Shown: positions 47,819 through 57,581 of the stretch, in pieces
Numbering within the stretch: the stretch's first letter is position 1
Layout: the number at the start of each line of letters is the position of its first letter
Assembly (NCBI GenBank): GCA_965201075.1
Contig: CBDAVP010000013.1
Location: 1-64,000 of the forward strand
Direction: 5' to 3'
Length of the DNA: 64,000 nt
Source: Isosphaeraceae bacterium
GTDB lineage: Bacteria; Planctomycetota; Planctomycetia; Isosphaerales; Isosphaeraceae
Translations under genes and position numbers: made by a program
The notes under the pieces: generated by a model
Seen by the model: only the letters and a program-made list of their open reading frames with translations
Told to the model about the DNA's origin: nothing
The model's database searches: none

Positions 47819-49207
47819 ATGACCGCCACGCCGAACCGTCGCCAGGTCATCCGCTCGCTCGCGGGCAGTTCGCTGATGTTCCCGGGCCTGCTGTCCTGGA
47901 TGCTGGGCGAAGGGGCGACCCCAGCCAGAGCCTCCGAGACCTCGGGCCCCGGAGTCGACCCCCTGGCCCCTCACCCCGGGCACTTCGCGGGCAAGGCCAA
48001 GCGGGTCATCATGCTGCACATGAGCGGCGGCGTCTCGCACCTGGATACTTTCGACCCCAAGCCTCGTCTGACCGCCGACCACGGCAAACCAAGCCCGTTC
48101 CACCGCCCCTACCTGGCCAGCCCCTGGAAGTTCCGCCCCCGAGGCCAGAGCGGCGTCGAGGTCAGTGAGCTGTTCGAACAGGTCGGCGACTGCATGGACG
48201 ACATCGCCCTCATCCGCTCGATGCACGGCGATCACGGCGACCACACCCAGGCCACCCTGGGGTTGCACACCGGGTCGTTCTCATTCGCCAGGCCGAGCCT
48301 GGGGTCATGGGTCAGCTACGGTTTGGGGACCGAGAACCGCAACCTTCCGTCGTTCGTGGTCCTTGCGCCGAAGGTCCCCTACACCGGCACTCAGGCGTGG
48401 GGCTCCGACTTCCTGCCCGGCTGCCACCAGGGGACACGGGTCCTGGCCGGCGCCGAGCCGATCCCCGACCTGAACCGCCGCTGCGTCTCGGAGCGGCTCC
48501 AGCAGGCGGAACTGGCGTTCCTGGACCGTTTCAACCACAACCACCAGCGAGACCGCTCGGCCGACCCCGCCCTGGCCGCCCGCATCCGCTCGTTCGAGAC
48601 CGCCTTCGGCATGCAGCAGGCGATGCCCGAGGTGCTGGACATGACCAGGGAATCTGACGCCACGCTGGCTCTCTACGGATTGGAGCGAGGCAGCACCCAG
48701 GGTTTCGCCTGGCAATGCCTGATCGCCCGTCGACTGGCCGAGCGTGGCGTCCGGTTCGTCGAACTGATCGACACCGGATCATCCCACAACTGGGACGCCC
48801 ACAGCGGCCTGAAGAACCATGAGAACCTCGCGAAGAATGTCGACCGGCCGATCGCCGGGCTGCTGAAAGACCTGAAAAGCCGCGGCCTGCTGGACGAGAC
48901 CCTGGTGATCTGGACCACCGAGTTCGGTCGATCCGCCCACATCGACGCGCCCGACGGCCGCAACCATCAGAACACCGCCTTCACCTGCTGGATGGCCGGA
49001 GGCGGCGTCAAGGGCGGGGTCGTCCACGGCGCCACCGACGACTACGGCCACACGGTCGCCGCCGACGGCGTCCACGTCCACGACTTCCACGCCACGGTCC
49101 TGCACCTGCTGGGCTTCGACCACGAAAAGCTCACCTACCGCCACGCCGGACGAGACTTCCGCCTCACCGACGTCTCGGGCAAGGTCGTCCAGGCGATTTT
49201 GGCGTGA
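47819..49207 (+). CDS. DUF1501-family protein (Tat-like signal)
   Basis: NRRQVI, KAKRVIMLHMSGG.SHLDTFDPKP, RPSLGSWVSYGLG, ARRL.ERGVRFV, WTTEFGR, HVHDFHAT.LHLLG.DH. Confidence 0.93.
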   Translation: MTATPNRRQVIRSLAGSSLMFPGLLSWMLGEGATPARASETSGPGVDPLAPHPGHFAGKAKRVIMLHMSGGVSHLDTFDPKPRLTADHGKPSPFHRPYLASPWKFRPRGQSGVEVSELFEQVGDCMDDIALIRSMHGDHGDHTQATLGLHTGSFSFARPSLGSWVSYGLGTENRNLPSFVVLAPKVPYTGTQAWGSDFLPGCHQGTRVLAGAEPIPDLNRRCVSERLQQAELAFLDRFNHNHQRDRSADPALAARIRSFETAFGMQQAMPEVLDMTRESDATLALYGLERGSTQGFAWQCLIARRLAERGVRFVELIDTGSSHNWDAHSGLKNHENLAKNVDRPIAGLLKDLKSRGLLDETLVIWTTEFGRSAHIDAPDGRNHQNTAFTCWMAGGGVKGGVVHGATDDYGHTVAADGVHVHDFHATVLHLLGFDHEKLTYRHAGRDFRLTDVSGKVVQAILA

Positions 49208-49255
49208 TTGCCCGTTGAATTCTCCGGGGGGCCGGCTCTGGGTCGGTCGTCACGC

Positions 49256-49855
49256 ATGGCCTTCGGCGATTTCACCCTGAAAACGGCCCGCGATTGTTTC
49301 GGCCTCTCGACGGACGAACAGGTTGATCTATTCGCCGGTGTCGCACCCGTCGACATCCCCGGGAGTTTCGGGAGACGCTCGACCAGTGGACACCGATTGC
49401 CCTGGCGATGAACACCGAGAAGGCGTGATCCGAGATGATCATCGCGCCGATCCTGATGGAGGCCGTCCCTCGCCTCAACGGCCGGGTGCGGCTGTTTTCG
49501 GGTCTAGCCTTCGATGTCGATCGGGACCGCGGGCTGAATGGGGTCTGCGACTATCTTTTCTCCCGCTCACCCGAAATGTATTTCGTCAGCCATCCGGTCT
49601 TCGCCGTGGTCGAAGCGAAGAAGGAGGATGTCATCGCGGGGATCGGGCAGTGCGCCGCGGCGATGGTCGCCGCTCAGGTCTTCAATGAACGCGAGGGTAG
49701 TGCTTCGCAATTCGTCCATGGGGCGGTGACTAGCGGTAGTGTCTGGCGGTTCCTGAAACTCGACGGGTCGAAGGTCCTCATCGATCGTACCGAGTATTAC
49801 CTTCCAGCAGGCCGACAAGATCCTCGGTATCCTACTCGCCATTGCCGAGGGCTGA
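49256..49855 (+). pseudogene. Disrupted conserved hypothetical gene (type I restriction R N-terminal-like / PD-(D/E)xK-like)
   Basis: MAFGDFTL.. then a frameshift near 49367, ..MNTEKA*SEMIIAPIL (TGA at 49426-49428), GLNGVCDY..VVEAKKE..GQCAAAM..GAVTSG..WRFL, then a frameshift near 49803, ..DKILGIL. Confidence 0.78.
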
Positions 49856-51067
49856 TCCGGCCCCGGAGTCCGGCCTTGGGATCAGCCGACTCATGACCAG
49901 GCCAAACACCCCGCAGGCGGCGACCACGCCGGCCATCGGCAGGGCGCCGTGCCCCTCGAAGGCGCCGACGGCCAAAGGCGCCATGGCGGCCAGGCCGAAA
50001 TGGATCGTTCCCAGCAACGCCGAGGCCGCGCCGGCGTTCCTCGGGTGCGGGGCCATCGCCAGCGCCGTCGAGTTCGGCCCGATGAACCCCATCCCCATCA
50101 GGTACACGAACAAAGGCACCACCAGGCCCACCAGGCCGCCCCAACCCGTCCACGCCGAGAGCACCAGAACCGCCCCCGCGAGCGTCTGCGCCACGCAAGC
50201 GGCACGCACCACCCGCACCGGACCGACCGCGTGAGGTAGGCGGCCGTTGATCTGCGAAGCGGCGATCAGGCCGATCGAATTGATCCCGAAGATCCAGCCG
50301 TAACGCTCCTCGGGCACCCCATAGAGCTTCATGAACACGAACGGCGAGCCGGCGATGTAGGCAAAGATGCCCGCCAGGCTCGACCCAGCGACCAGGGCAT
50401 TGACCATGAACGCCCGATCCATCAGCAAGCGTACATAGGTCGTTACGATCCGCCCAAGATGGAGCGACTGGACCGCCTCGGCCCGATGCGTCTCCGGCAG
50501 GCGGAAATGCACGGCCGCCAGGGCGAGCATTCCCAAAATCGCCAGCAGCCAGAAAATCGCCGCCCAACCGAGGTTGACCAAAATGATCCCACCGAGCGTT
50601 GGCGCCACGATCGGCGCCACGCCCATCACCAGCATGAGTGCCGAATAAACCCGCCGCGTCTCCTCGGGCGGAAAGAGGTCGCGCACCATCGCCCGGGTCA
50701 CCACGCTGCCGGCGCACGCCCCCAGAGCCTGAAAGACTCGCATCGCCGCCAGCCACCCCACCGAAGGAGCCAGCGCGCAGCCGACCGAGGCCAACGAAAA
50801 CAGCGTCAGGCTCGCGTACAGCGGCGGCTTTCGGCCGAATCGGTCGGCGATCGGCCCATACACCGCCTGGCCCAGCGCATACCCCAGGAAGAACGTCGTC
50901 AGGGTGAACTGGACCGACGCTTCATCGGTGCGGAAGACCTGCGTCAACGTCTTGAGCGACGGCAGGTACATGTCGATCGACAGCGACGCGAACGCCGTCA
51001 ACGCCCCGAGAATCCCCACCAGCTCCGCGTGGCTCCGCCGCGGCGCTTCGACTTCGGTCATGCTCAT
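49832..51067 (-). CDS. Bcr/CflA-family MFS efflux transporter
   Basis: SIDMYLPSL, GPIADRFGRKP, RAMVRDLF, LPET, AYIAGSPFVF, AGAASALLG. Confidence 0.93.
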   Translation of the reverse strand: MSMTEVEAPRRSHAELVGILGALTAFASLSIDMYLPSLKTLTQVFRTDEASVQFTLTTFFLGYALGQAVYGPIADRFGRKPPLYASLTLFSLASVGCALAPSVGWLAAMRVFQALGACAGSVVTRAMVRDLFPPEETRRVYSALMLVMGVAPIVAPTLGGIILVNLGWAAIFWLLAILGMLALAAVHFRLPETHRAEAVQSLHLGRIVTTYVRLLMDRAFMVNALVAGSSLAGIFAYIAGSPFVFMKLYGVPEERYGWIFGINSIGLIAASQINGRLPHAVGPVRVVRAACVAQTLAGAVLVLSAWTGWGGLVGLVVPLFVYLMGMGFIGPNSTALAMAPHPRNAGAASALLGTIHFGLAAMAPLAVGAFEGHGALPMAGVVAACGVFGLVMSRLIPRPDSGAGSALGNGE

Positions 51068-51294
51068 CGACGTTGGCAACTCCCGGCCGGCGCGGACGGA
51101 CTCCCATCCCTGGTGGCCCCATTGTAGAGACCGCCGGCAACCCCCCGACCCCGCTCAGGGCAACAAGGTTCGCACCAAGATCCGCCCAACCTCCCGCCCG
51201 CCGATGACAAGGGAAACTTCAACTCCCCGCCGACCATTCCCAGGACAGAGGCTCGGGGCACTCCCGCCGATTGACCTCCCTCCGGAACGATTCG

Positions 51295-51342
51295 CTCGGC
51301 GTCCTGAGCGGCCGGTGCCGCCGCCGCAGCAACGGGCTAGAC
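51295..51342 (-). other. Highly degenerate attC-like remnant
   Basis: Minus strand GTCTAGC (contains the stop of 51337-51642; one mismatch to RYYYAAC), 5-nt spacer, GCTGCGGCGG..CCGGCCGCTCAG; no clear core end. Confidence 0.35.
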
Positions 51343-51642
51343 GTCGGCAGCCTCCTCCCTACGGATCTGTTCCTGCCGCCGATTCCAAGTGCGGATGGCC
51401 ACCGACAGGAGCAACCCGTAAGGCAGCCAGAGCAGGGGCCGGATCTCGAGCGGGGTCCACCAGAGGGCGGCCAGGAAGGCGGTCACGGCGACCCAGCACA
51501 GGGCCGAAGCCCGGATCGCGAAAGTCCGCTCACGTGCCCCCGCCGTGCGAGTGATCCCGAAATAGGTCCCGAGGATGCCGCCAAGGACTCCGATTGCCGT
51601 GCCGCCGATCCCACCGACGTGGCCAATCGTTCGAGGATCCAT
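51337..51642 (-). CDS. Small membrane protein (putative gene cassette 2)
   Basis: GGIGGTAIGVLGGILGTYFGI..ERTF..; three hydrophobic segments; begins 15 bp after the attC core. Confidence 0.7.
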   Translation of the reverse strand: MDPRTIGHVGGIGGTAIGVLGGILGTYFGITRTAGARERTFAIRASALCWVAVTAFLAALWWTPLEIRPLLWLPYGLLLSVAIRTWNRRQEQIRREEAADV

Positions 51643-51657
51643 GCTTCACCCCCCGCC

Positions 51658-51757
51658 GCCCAACGACAAAGTTCCGTGGACCGGCCCGCCTCACCTACCC
51701 CGGATTGTACCAAAACTTGTGGAGGCGAAACGGGCCCACTGCGACGCCAGGTTAGGC
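51658..51757 (-). other. attC-like integron cassette recombination site (100 bp)
   Basis: Minus strand GCCTAAC (RYYYAAC, contains the upstream stop)-CTGGC-GTCGCAGT-GGGCCCG..CGCCTC..GAGGCG.GCCGGTCC-ACGGAAC-TTTGTC-GTTGGGC (GTTRRRY). Confidence 0.7.
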
Positions 51758-52132
51758 GAGGCCCTCCCGGAGCCAGAACGGCACCGCACCCCATTCCGCC
51801 GCGAGCGACTGACCGACCTGCTTGACCCATTCCGGCGATTGAAGCGCATGATGCCACGCCCGCTCGAACTCCTGCGCCTCGACGGGCTCCGCCGCGGGCC
51901 GGCCGGCAACCGCCTTCTCCTTGCGGCTAAACAAACGCCCGCATAATTGCCCATATCGGTCGCACCAGTGGGCTCGGTCGTATCGTAAGACCCGCCCCTC
52001 GCCGTAGTCCTCGACCTGCCGCGACGCATACCGATCGTCGGCGATCTCGACGTACCGCCGGCAATCGCCCCACCCGGCGGCGAGGGAGCCTTGGCGGAGG
52101 GGCCGCCCCGGTTCCCTGAAGTATCGGGGCAT
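51752..52132 (-). CDS. Hypothetical protein (putative gene cassette 1)
   Basis: 126-aa ORF with YVEIADDRYASRQVE.Y..G.VLRYDR..EPVEAQEFERAW; its stop lies inside the attC inverse core. Confidence 0.65.
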   Translation of the reverse strand: MPRYFREPGRPLRQGSLAAGWGDCRRYVEIADDRYASRQVEDYGEGRVLRYDRAHWCDRYGQLCGRLFSRKEKAVAGRPAAEPVEAQEFERAWHHALQSPEWVKQVGQSLAAEWGAVPFWLREGLA

Positions 52133-52161
52133 GGGCCCATCCCTCCGCCGCCCGACAAGAA

Positions 52162-52765
52162 TTACCTCATCAGCCCTTTTGCCCTGGCCAATTCATCATA
52201 CAAGCTAGCAAACTCGTCCACCATCGTCTCAACCCGGAATTCCTCCGCCACGCGAACACGCCCCGCCTCCCCCAGCCGACGGGCGAGTTCCGGATCGTCA
52301 ATCACCGTGCGGATCGCCTGCGCCAACGCCTTGGGCGAGTGCGTCGGTACGAGCAATCCCGTCCGGCCGTCGGCGACCACCTCGGTCGTCCCTGGCGCGG
52401 CGGTGGCGACCACCGGCTTGCCCATCCGCATCGCCTCCAGCACCACGTTGGGGAGCCCTTCGTAATAACTTGGCAAGACCATCAAATCCGACGCGGCCAG
52501 CAACCGCGGCACGTCCGGCCGATGCCCCGTGAACCGGACCAGCCCCGCTCCGTCGAGCAGCCAGAAGGCCCGGGCCGTTCCTTCCAACCGCTCTCGCAAG
52601 GGGCCGTCGCCGACGATCAGGGTCCGCAGGTTCGGCCGGACGTGCTGCAAAAGGTCCAGCGCCGTGACAAGGTCGTCCACCCCCTTTTGCGGCGCCAGGC
52701 GACCGGCGAACAGAGCTACATAAGCGTCCGCGGGCCAGCCGAACTCGGCCCGCACCCCGTCGCGA
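52162..52765 (-). pseudogene. GT4 glycosyltransferase, 5' half missing at the junction
   Basis: FAGRLAPQKG, IVGDGPLR, FTGHR.DV..LLAASDLMVLPS.YEGLPNVVLEAM..GKPVVAT; no N-terminal GT4 domain upstream. Confidence 0.85.
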
Positions 52766-53162
52766 GACGGACCCGCGCTTCCCGCCGCAGCAGATCCAGC
52801 ACGCGCCGTTTCAGGAAGGTTGCGTCGCCGCTCACGCGTATCTCGCCGGCCTCAAGCCAGGCACCGCCCCTGCCCGACGGCACGTGGCGGATCGGCGTCG
52901 GCTGGCCGCATATCGGCACGCTTCCACCATCTGCCAAGGCGATGCGTGGCGGAAGCCGATCCAGACGGTCCCGTACCCAGTCGGCATGGCCTTGCAGCAG
53001 CGAGAGCCCGGCCGACCGGGACGCCCGGAGCGGGAGCGTCACGACGACCTGGCCATCCGCGGCGTCGATCCGCAAGCTGACACGGCGGGCGCGGGCGCTA
53101 CGGCGAAAGCACACCGGCATCACCGCGCCGGCCAATGCAATCATCTCCGTCTGGTCCGCCAT
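52756..53162 (-). pseudogene. M48/SprT-like (YgjP/DUF45) metallopeptidase, 3' half missing at the junction
   Basis: RRSARARRVSLRID..VVVTLP..WV..RL..LRREAR.RL, then no WGSC or HExxH region follows. Confidence 0.8.
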
Positions 53163-53242
53163 AGGGTCCGATCTGCCCTGGCGGCCACAGGCCTGCAAAC
53201 ATGCCATGGCCTATGGCTGGGATGCCTGTGCGGGCAGCCAGG

Positions 53243-54272
53243 TCACCAGGTCCCGAACAGCCGCCGCTTGCGTGGCCGCGCCCGGATCGCCGAGATCGAT
53301 GCCGCGGCGAGCAGCCCGACACCGACCATGACGGCCACACGGTTCTGGTTCGCCAGCATCTGCACGCTGAACGCTCGGCTTTCTCCATCGAACGGACCAT
53401 GGGTGCCGTGCAGCCGCTTCGCCGGGCCGAACAGGTTGCTGTCCCGCGCCGCCACCTGGCCACCTCGGTCCGTTTGCTGGGCAGTGACGGCGAACCGGCC
53501 CATCAGCCAGTCCAGCAATCCCGGGACCAGCTTGTTGGCCGCAGCGCCGAGCACGGTGCTGCTCGTGACCTTCACCTCACGCCGCCGGCTTGTTGCAGCG
53601 AGCAGGATGGCATCGGCCATGATCTCCGGCTGGTAGATCGGCGGCGGTGGGCGCACCGGCTTCGGCATGTGTGACGCCGCGTGGTTGTAGAACGGCGTGT
53701 TCACGGCCGGGGGATGCACCATCGTCACATGCACCCTGCTGCGGTCGGCGATCAGTTCGCTGCGGATTGCTTCCGTGAAGCCGCGGCCGGCGTACTTGCT
53801 CCCGGAATACGGCGACATCAGCGGCACCGCCCGGTAGCTGATGGTCGACAGGACCTGAACCACGGTGCCCTGGTCGCGGGGGATCATCCCGCCGCAGCGC
53901 AACCCGCGTCCCGTTCACGAGTCCCAGGTAGTTGACCTCGGTGACCTGGCGGAATTCTTGTTCCGTTATGTCCAGGAATCGGCCGTAAACGGACACTCCG
54001 GCGTTGTTCACCCAGACATCGATGGGGCCGAGTTCCGCCTCGATGTGCCCGGCCGCCCGTTCCAGTGCGGCACTGTCGGCGACGTCAGCAACCGCGACAG
54101 AGGCCGTTCCGCCAGCCTCGATCACGTCTTTCCGGGTCTGGTCGAGCCCGTCCTCGCCGCGGGCGATCAAGCCGACGCGCCACCCTGCGCGGGCAAAGCG
54201 GGCCGCGGTCGCGCGCCCGATCCCGGAACTTGCACCTGTGATGGCAACGACGCGATGGTTTGGGTCAGGCAA
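53243..54272 (-). pseudogene. SDR oxidoreductase split by a +1 frameshift near 53889
   Basis: TGASSGIG..VWVNNAG..NGTRVALRR, then an extra G (CGGCGG-G-ATG), then MIPRDQGTVVQV..YSGSK..PPAVNTP..PPPIYQPE. May be a sequencing error. Confidence 0.8.
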
Positions 54273-54331
54273 TGGGATAACTCCGTGCGGGTCAGTTATG
54301 GGCGGGATGCCAAGCCAAGGGTTTGCGCCGC

Positions 54332-55096
54332 TTACTCCGCGGTCCAGCCGCCATCGATGACCAGGGACGACCCGGTCATCAGCGCGCTGGCGTCGCTGCA
54401 CAGGAACACGATGGCGCCCATGAGGTCTTCGACCTGGCCGACCCGGCCAAGCTTGATCTTGCCGAGCACCCACTCGTTGAACGCTGGCTCCTGGAAGAAG
54501 GGCCGGGTCATCGGGGTTTCGATGAACGTCGGACAGAGCGTGTTCACCCGCACCTTGGACGGCCCGAGCTCGATCGCCGCTGCCTTGGTGAACCCTTCCA
54601 TGGCGTGCTTGGTCGCCGCATAGACGCTGCGGCGCGGCCCGCCGACATGCCCCATCTGGCTGGACACGTTGACGATGCTGCCGCCGCGGCCAGACTCCAC
54701 CATCGACCGCGCCGCCGCTTGCGCGGCGAAGAATGCCGCCCGGACGTTCAACGCCACCACCGCGTCAAAATCCGCCTCGGTCACCTCCAGGAACGGAGCG
54801 TGGCGTGACCCGCCGGCGTTGTTCACGAACCCATCTAGCGGCCCAGCCCGCCGGATGACGTCCCGCACTGCCGACAGGTCCAGCACGTCCAGCACCACGG
54901 CCTCCGCACGTCCCCCGCCATCGCGTATGGCCTGGGCAGCAGCGTCGACCTCCGATCCGGTCCGCGCGGCCGCGATGACGTGCGCCCCGGCCTGGCCCAG
55001 TGACGCCGCGGCGGCCAGGCCGATGCCGCGCCCGGCGCCGGTCACCAGCACCCGCTTGCCGTCGAGCCGAAGCGAGGGTGTTTGCGGCAGCCGCAT
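54332..55096 (-). CDS. SDR oxidoreductase (HpsO-like)
   Basis: PSLRLDGKRVLVTGAGRGIG, NNAG, NVSSQMGHVGG, YAATKHA, CPTFIETP, IDGGWTA. Confidence 0.88.
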   Translation of the reverse strand: MRLPQTPSLRLDGKRVLVTGAGRGIGLAAAASLGQAGAHVIAAARTGSEVDAAAQAIRDGGGRAEAVVLDVLDLSAVRDVIRRAGPLDGFVNNAGGSRHAPFLEVTEADFDAVVALNVRAAFFAAQAAARSMVESGRGGSIVNVSSQMGHVGGPRRSVYAATKHAMEGFTKAAAIELGPSKVRVNTLCPTFIETPMTRPFFQEPAFNEWVLGKIKLGRVGQVEDLMGAIVFLCSDASALMTGSSLVIDGGWTAE

Positions 55097-55103
55097 CCCT
55101 GCC

Positions 55104-56411
55104 CTACTCCGCGGCCTGCGCGTATGGGACGTTGCGGCCGCCGAAACGACGCACACGCACGTTGGCCTGCTCGGCGTGGCCGGCAAACCCTTCGAGCATA
55201 CAGAGCCGAGAGGCATACTCACCGATCTCGGCGCTGGCTTGGTCGGTCAGCACGCGCTGATAGGTGCAGGTCTTGAGGAACTTGCCGACCCACAAGCCAC
55301 CCGTATAGCGCGCCGCCTTCTTTGTCGGCAGCGTGTGGTTGGTGCCTATCACCTTGTCGCCGTAGGCGACGTTGGTACGCGTGCCCAGGAACAGCGCGCC
55401 GTAGTTGCGCATGTTCGCCAGGAAGTAATCGGGATCCCGGGTCATGACCTGGACATGCTCGCTGGCGATGCGGTCGGCTTCACGGACCATCTCCGCGTCG
55501 TCCGTGCAGACGATCACCTCGCCATAGTCCTGCCAGGCCTTGCGGGCGATCTCGGCCGTGGGAAGTATGAGCAGCAGGCGCTCGATCTCCGCCATCGTCG
55601 CGCGGGCCAGGGCCTCGCTGGTGGTCAGCAGCACCGCCGGGCTGGTCGGTCCGTGCTCCGCTTGGCCCAACAGGTCGGTGGCACAGAGTTCCGCATCCGT
55701 GCTGTCATCCGCAATCACCAGCGTCTCGGTCGGCCCAGCAAACAGGTCGATGCCCACCCGCCCATACAGCTGCCGCTTCGCTTCAGCGACATAGGCGTTC
55801 CCCGGGCCAACGATCATGTCCATCGGCCGGATCGTCTCGGTGCCCAGCGCCATCGCCCCGACAGCCTGGACGCCGCCCAGGCAGTAGATCACGTCCGCCC
55901 CAGCCAGGTGCTGCGCCGCGACAACGGCAGGCGCCGGCTTCCCCTGGTAGGGCGGTGCGCAGGTGGCGATGTAGGGAACACCGGCCACCTTGGCCGTGAT
56001 GACGCTCATATGGGCGCTGGCCAGCAGTGGATACTTGCCCCCAGGCACGTAGCAGCCCACCGACTCCACAGGGATGTTCTTGTGTCCCAACACGATACCC
56101 GGCAGTGTCTCGACCTCGAGGTCCCGCACGCACTCACGCTGCTTCTGGGCGAAGTTGCGCACCTGCTCCTGCGCGAACCGGATATCGTCCAGGTCACGCG
56201 GACGCAGCTGGTCCAGGCACGCTTGGATCTCGGAATCCGTCAGGCGGTAGTCTGGCCGGTCCCAGCGGTCGAACTTGGCCGACATTTCCCGCACCGCGGC
56301 ATCGCCGCGCGTCCTGATCTCCGCGAGGATGCCTTCCACCACGGTCCGGACGTTGGCATCGTTCTCCGCGACGGCATCCGTGTCCATCCCGGCCTTCAAG
56401 ATCTTGGGCAT
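55104..56411 (-). CDS. Histidinol dehydrogenase homolog (HpsN-like sulfopropanediol dehydrogenase)
   Basis: [76 protein letters not shown]. Confidence 0.85.
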   Translation of the reverse strand: MPKILKAGMDTDAVAENDANVRTVVEGILAEIRTRGDAAVREMSAKFDRWDRPDYRLTDSEIQACLDQLRPRDLDDIRFAQEQVRNFAQKQRECVRDLEVETLPGIVLGHKNIPVESVGCYVPGGKYPLLASAHMSVITAKVAGVPYIATCAPPYQGKPAPAVVAAQHLAGADVIYCLGGVQAVGAMALGTETIRPMDMIVGPGNAYVAEAKRQLYGRVGIDLFAGPTETLVIADDSTDAELCATDLLGQAEHGPTSPAVLLTTSEALARATMAEIERLLLILPTAEIARKAWQDYGEVIVCTDDAEMVREADRIASEHVQVMTRDPDYFLANMRNYGALFLGTRTNVAYGDKVIGTNHTLPTKKAARYTGGLWVGKFLKTCTYQRVLTDQASAEIGEYASRLCMLEGFAGHAEQANVRVRRFGGRNVPYAQAAE

Positions 56412-56501
56412 CTCGTGTCTCTCCCCCGTTTGATGTGTCACGGCATGCTGACCGTGGGAAGGGCGCCGCAGCGCGAACAAAACGCTATCGAGTTCCGACT
56501 G

Positions 56502-57572
56502 CTACGCTGCCGCTCCCTGATCCTGGCTGGGTGTCCGGGTCGTGAACCGGGCGTTGCCGAGACCGGTGCCGATCGTCATGACGCCCCACTGCCGGACATC
56601 ACGCATGGCCGGCAGTTCGCTGAGGCCCTGCACGACGGCGTCATTGTGCATGATGACGGCGATGCCTCGGCCATCCGGGGTTCTCAGCTTGGATTGTATC
56701 TGGTCGGGCAAGTTGAAATCGCTGCCCTCCCAGTTTCCCGGCAGGTTCTGGCCACCGCGGTCGATGGTGCCGTCACCCAAGATCAGGCCCGGGCAGCCCA
56801 CCCCCAGGAAAGGCGCCAAAGTAAGCCCCTGCTCCGCTGCGAGGCCGAGCATCTTGGCGACGAGCTCGACAAGCCGTTCAATGGCCGTTTCCCGGTCTGG
56901 TTGTTCCTCATGATGCTTCCAGACCTCGGAGCCAACTACTGCCGCGGCGGACAGGTCCTCCGCCGCATCCCGATTCAGGGCGACCAACCCGACCCGCATA
57001 TTGCTTCCGCCGATATCGACGGCGACCATCCCATCGTGTTCCCGGGTAAACTGGTCCGACACCAGGTGGACGGCGCCGATCAGCCCGGCTTGATCCGGAT
57101 CGTGCCGTATCGGGACCAGCCCAAGTGTTACGCCTTCTCCCCGCAGCAGGGATGTCGTGCGGCCGATTGCCAGTTCGCCGACACGGGATCCCCGCAATCC
57201 CCCGCCGACGACGATGCGCTGCGTATCGTGCCATTCCTCCAACCGCAGGAAACGCCGGATTACATGGGCGAATTCCTGCGCCCAAGCCTCGATCGCTCCG
57301 ACGATAAGCCCACCTGCCTCCGCATCGCCGGAGATCAGCAGCCGATCGAGGTCGTCCATGCTGATCCCGCGTGGCGCCCCGCCTGACTCCCCGCCTGTCG
57401 CCTCTGTGCCGAGCGGGTCGGCCGATTGCGGGAACAGGTCCCGCAGGTCGTCCACGATGCTTCGGAATGCCCGGCTACTAGCGCGGTCGCCGATGAAGCC
57501 CTCATGGTCGCGAAGCTCGGCATTGTAGGCATCAACCGTTACACCCGGAAGAACAGAACTGCCGTGATGCAT
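56502..57572 (-). CDS. ROK-family protein
   Basis: VVGGG, AVDIGGSN.RVG, GVGCPG, QNLPGNWE, HNDAVVQGLSE, TIGTGLGNARF. Confidence 0.85.
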   Translation of the reverse strand: MHHGSSVLPGVTVDAYNAELRDHEGFIGDRASSRAFRSIVDDLRDLFPQSADPLGTEATGGESGGAPRGISMDDLDRLLISGDAEAGGLIVGAIEAWAQEFAHVIRRFLRLEEWHDTQRIVVGGGLRGSRVGELAIGRTTSLLRGEGVTLGLVPIRHDPDQAGLIGAVHLVSDQFTREHDGMVAVDIGGSNMRVGLVALNRDAAEDLSAAAVVGSEVWKHHEEQPDRETAIERLVELVAKMLGLAAEQGLTLAPFLGVGCPGLILGDGTIDRGGQNLPGNWEGSDFNLPDQIQSKLRTPDGRGIAVIMHNDAVVQGLSELPAMRDVRQWGVMTIGTGLGNARFTTRTPSQDQGAAA

Positions 57573-57581
57573 GGCCGCCGC

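Noticed and set aside
52716..53207. Functional M48-GT4 fusion protein
   Set aside because: The halves are in different frames, and each lacks an essential domain.
53880..53900. Programmed frameshift in the SDR gene
   Set aside because: There is a single extra G in a short G-run and no slippery heptamer, so a mutation or sequencing error is more likely.
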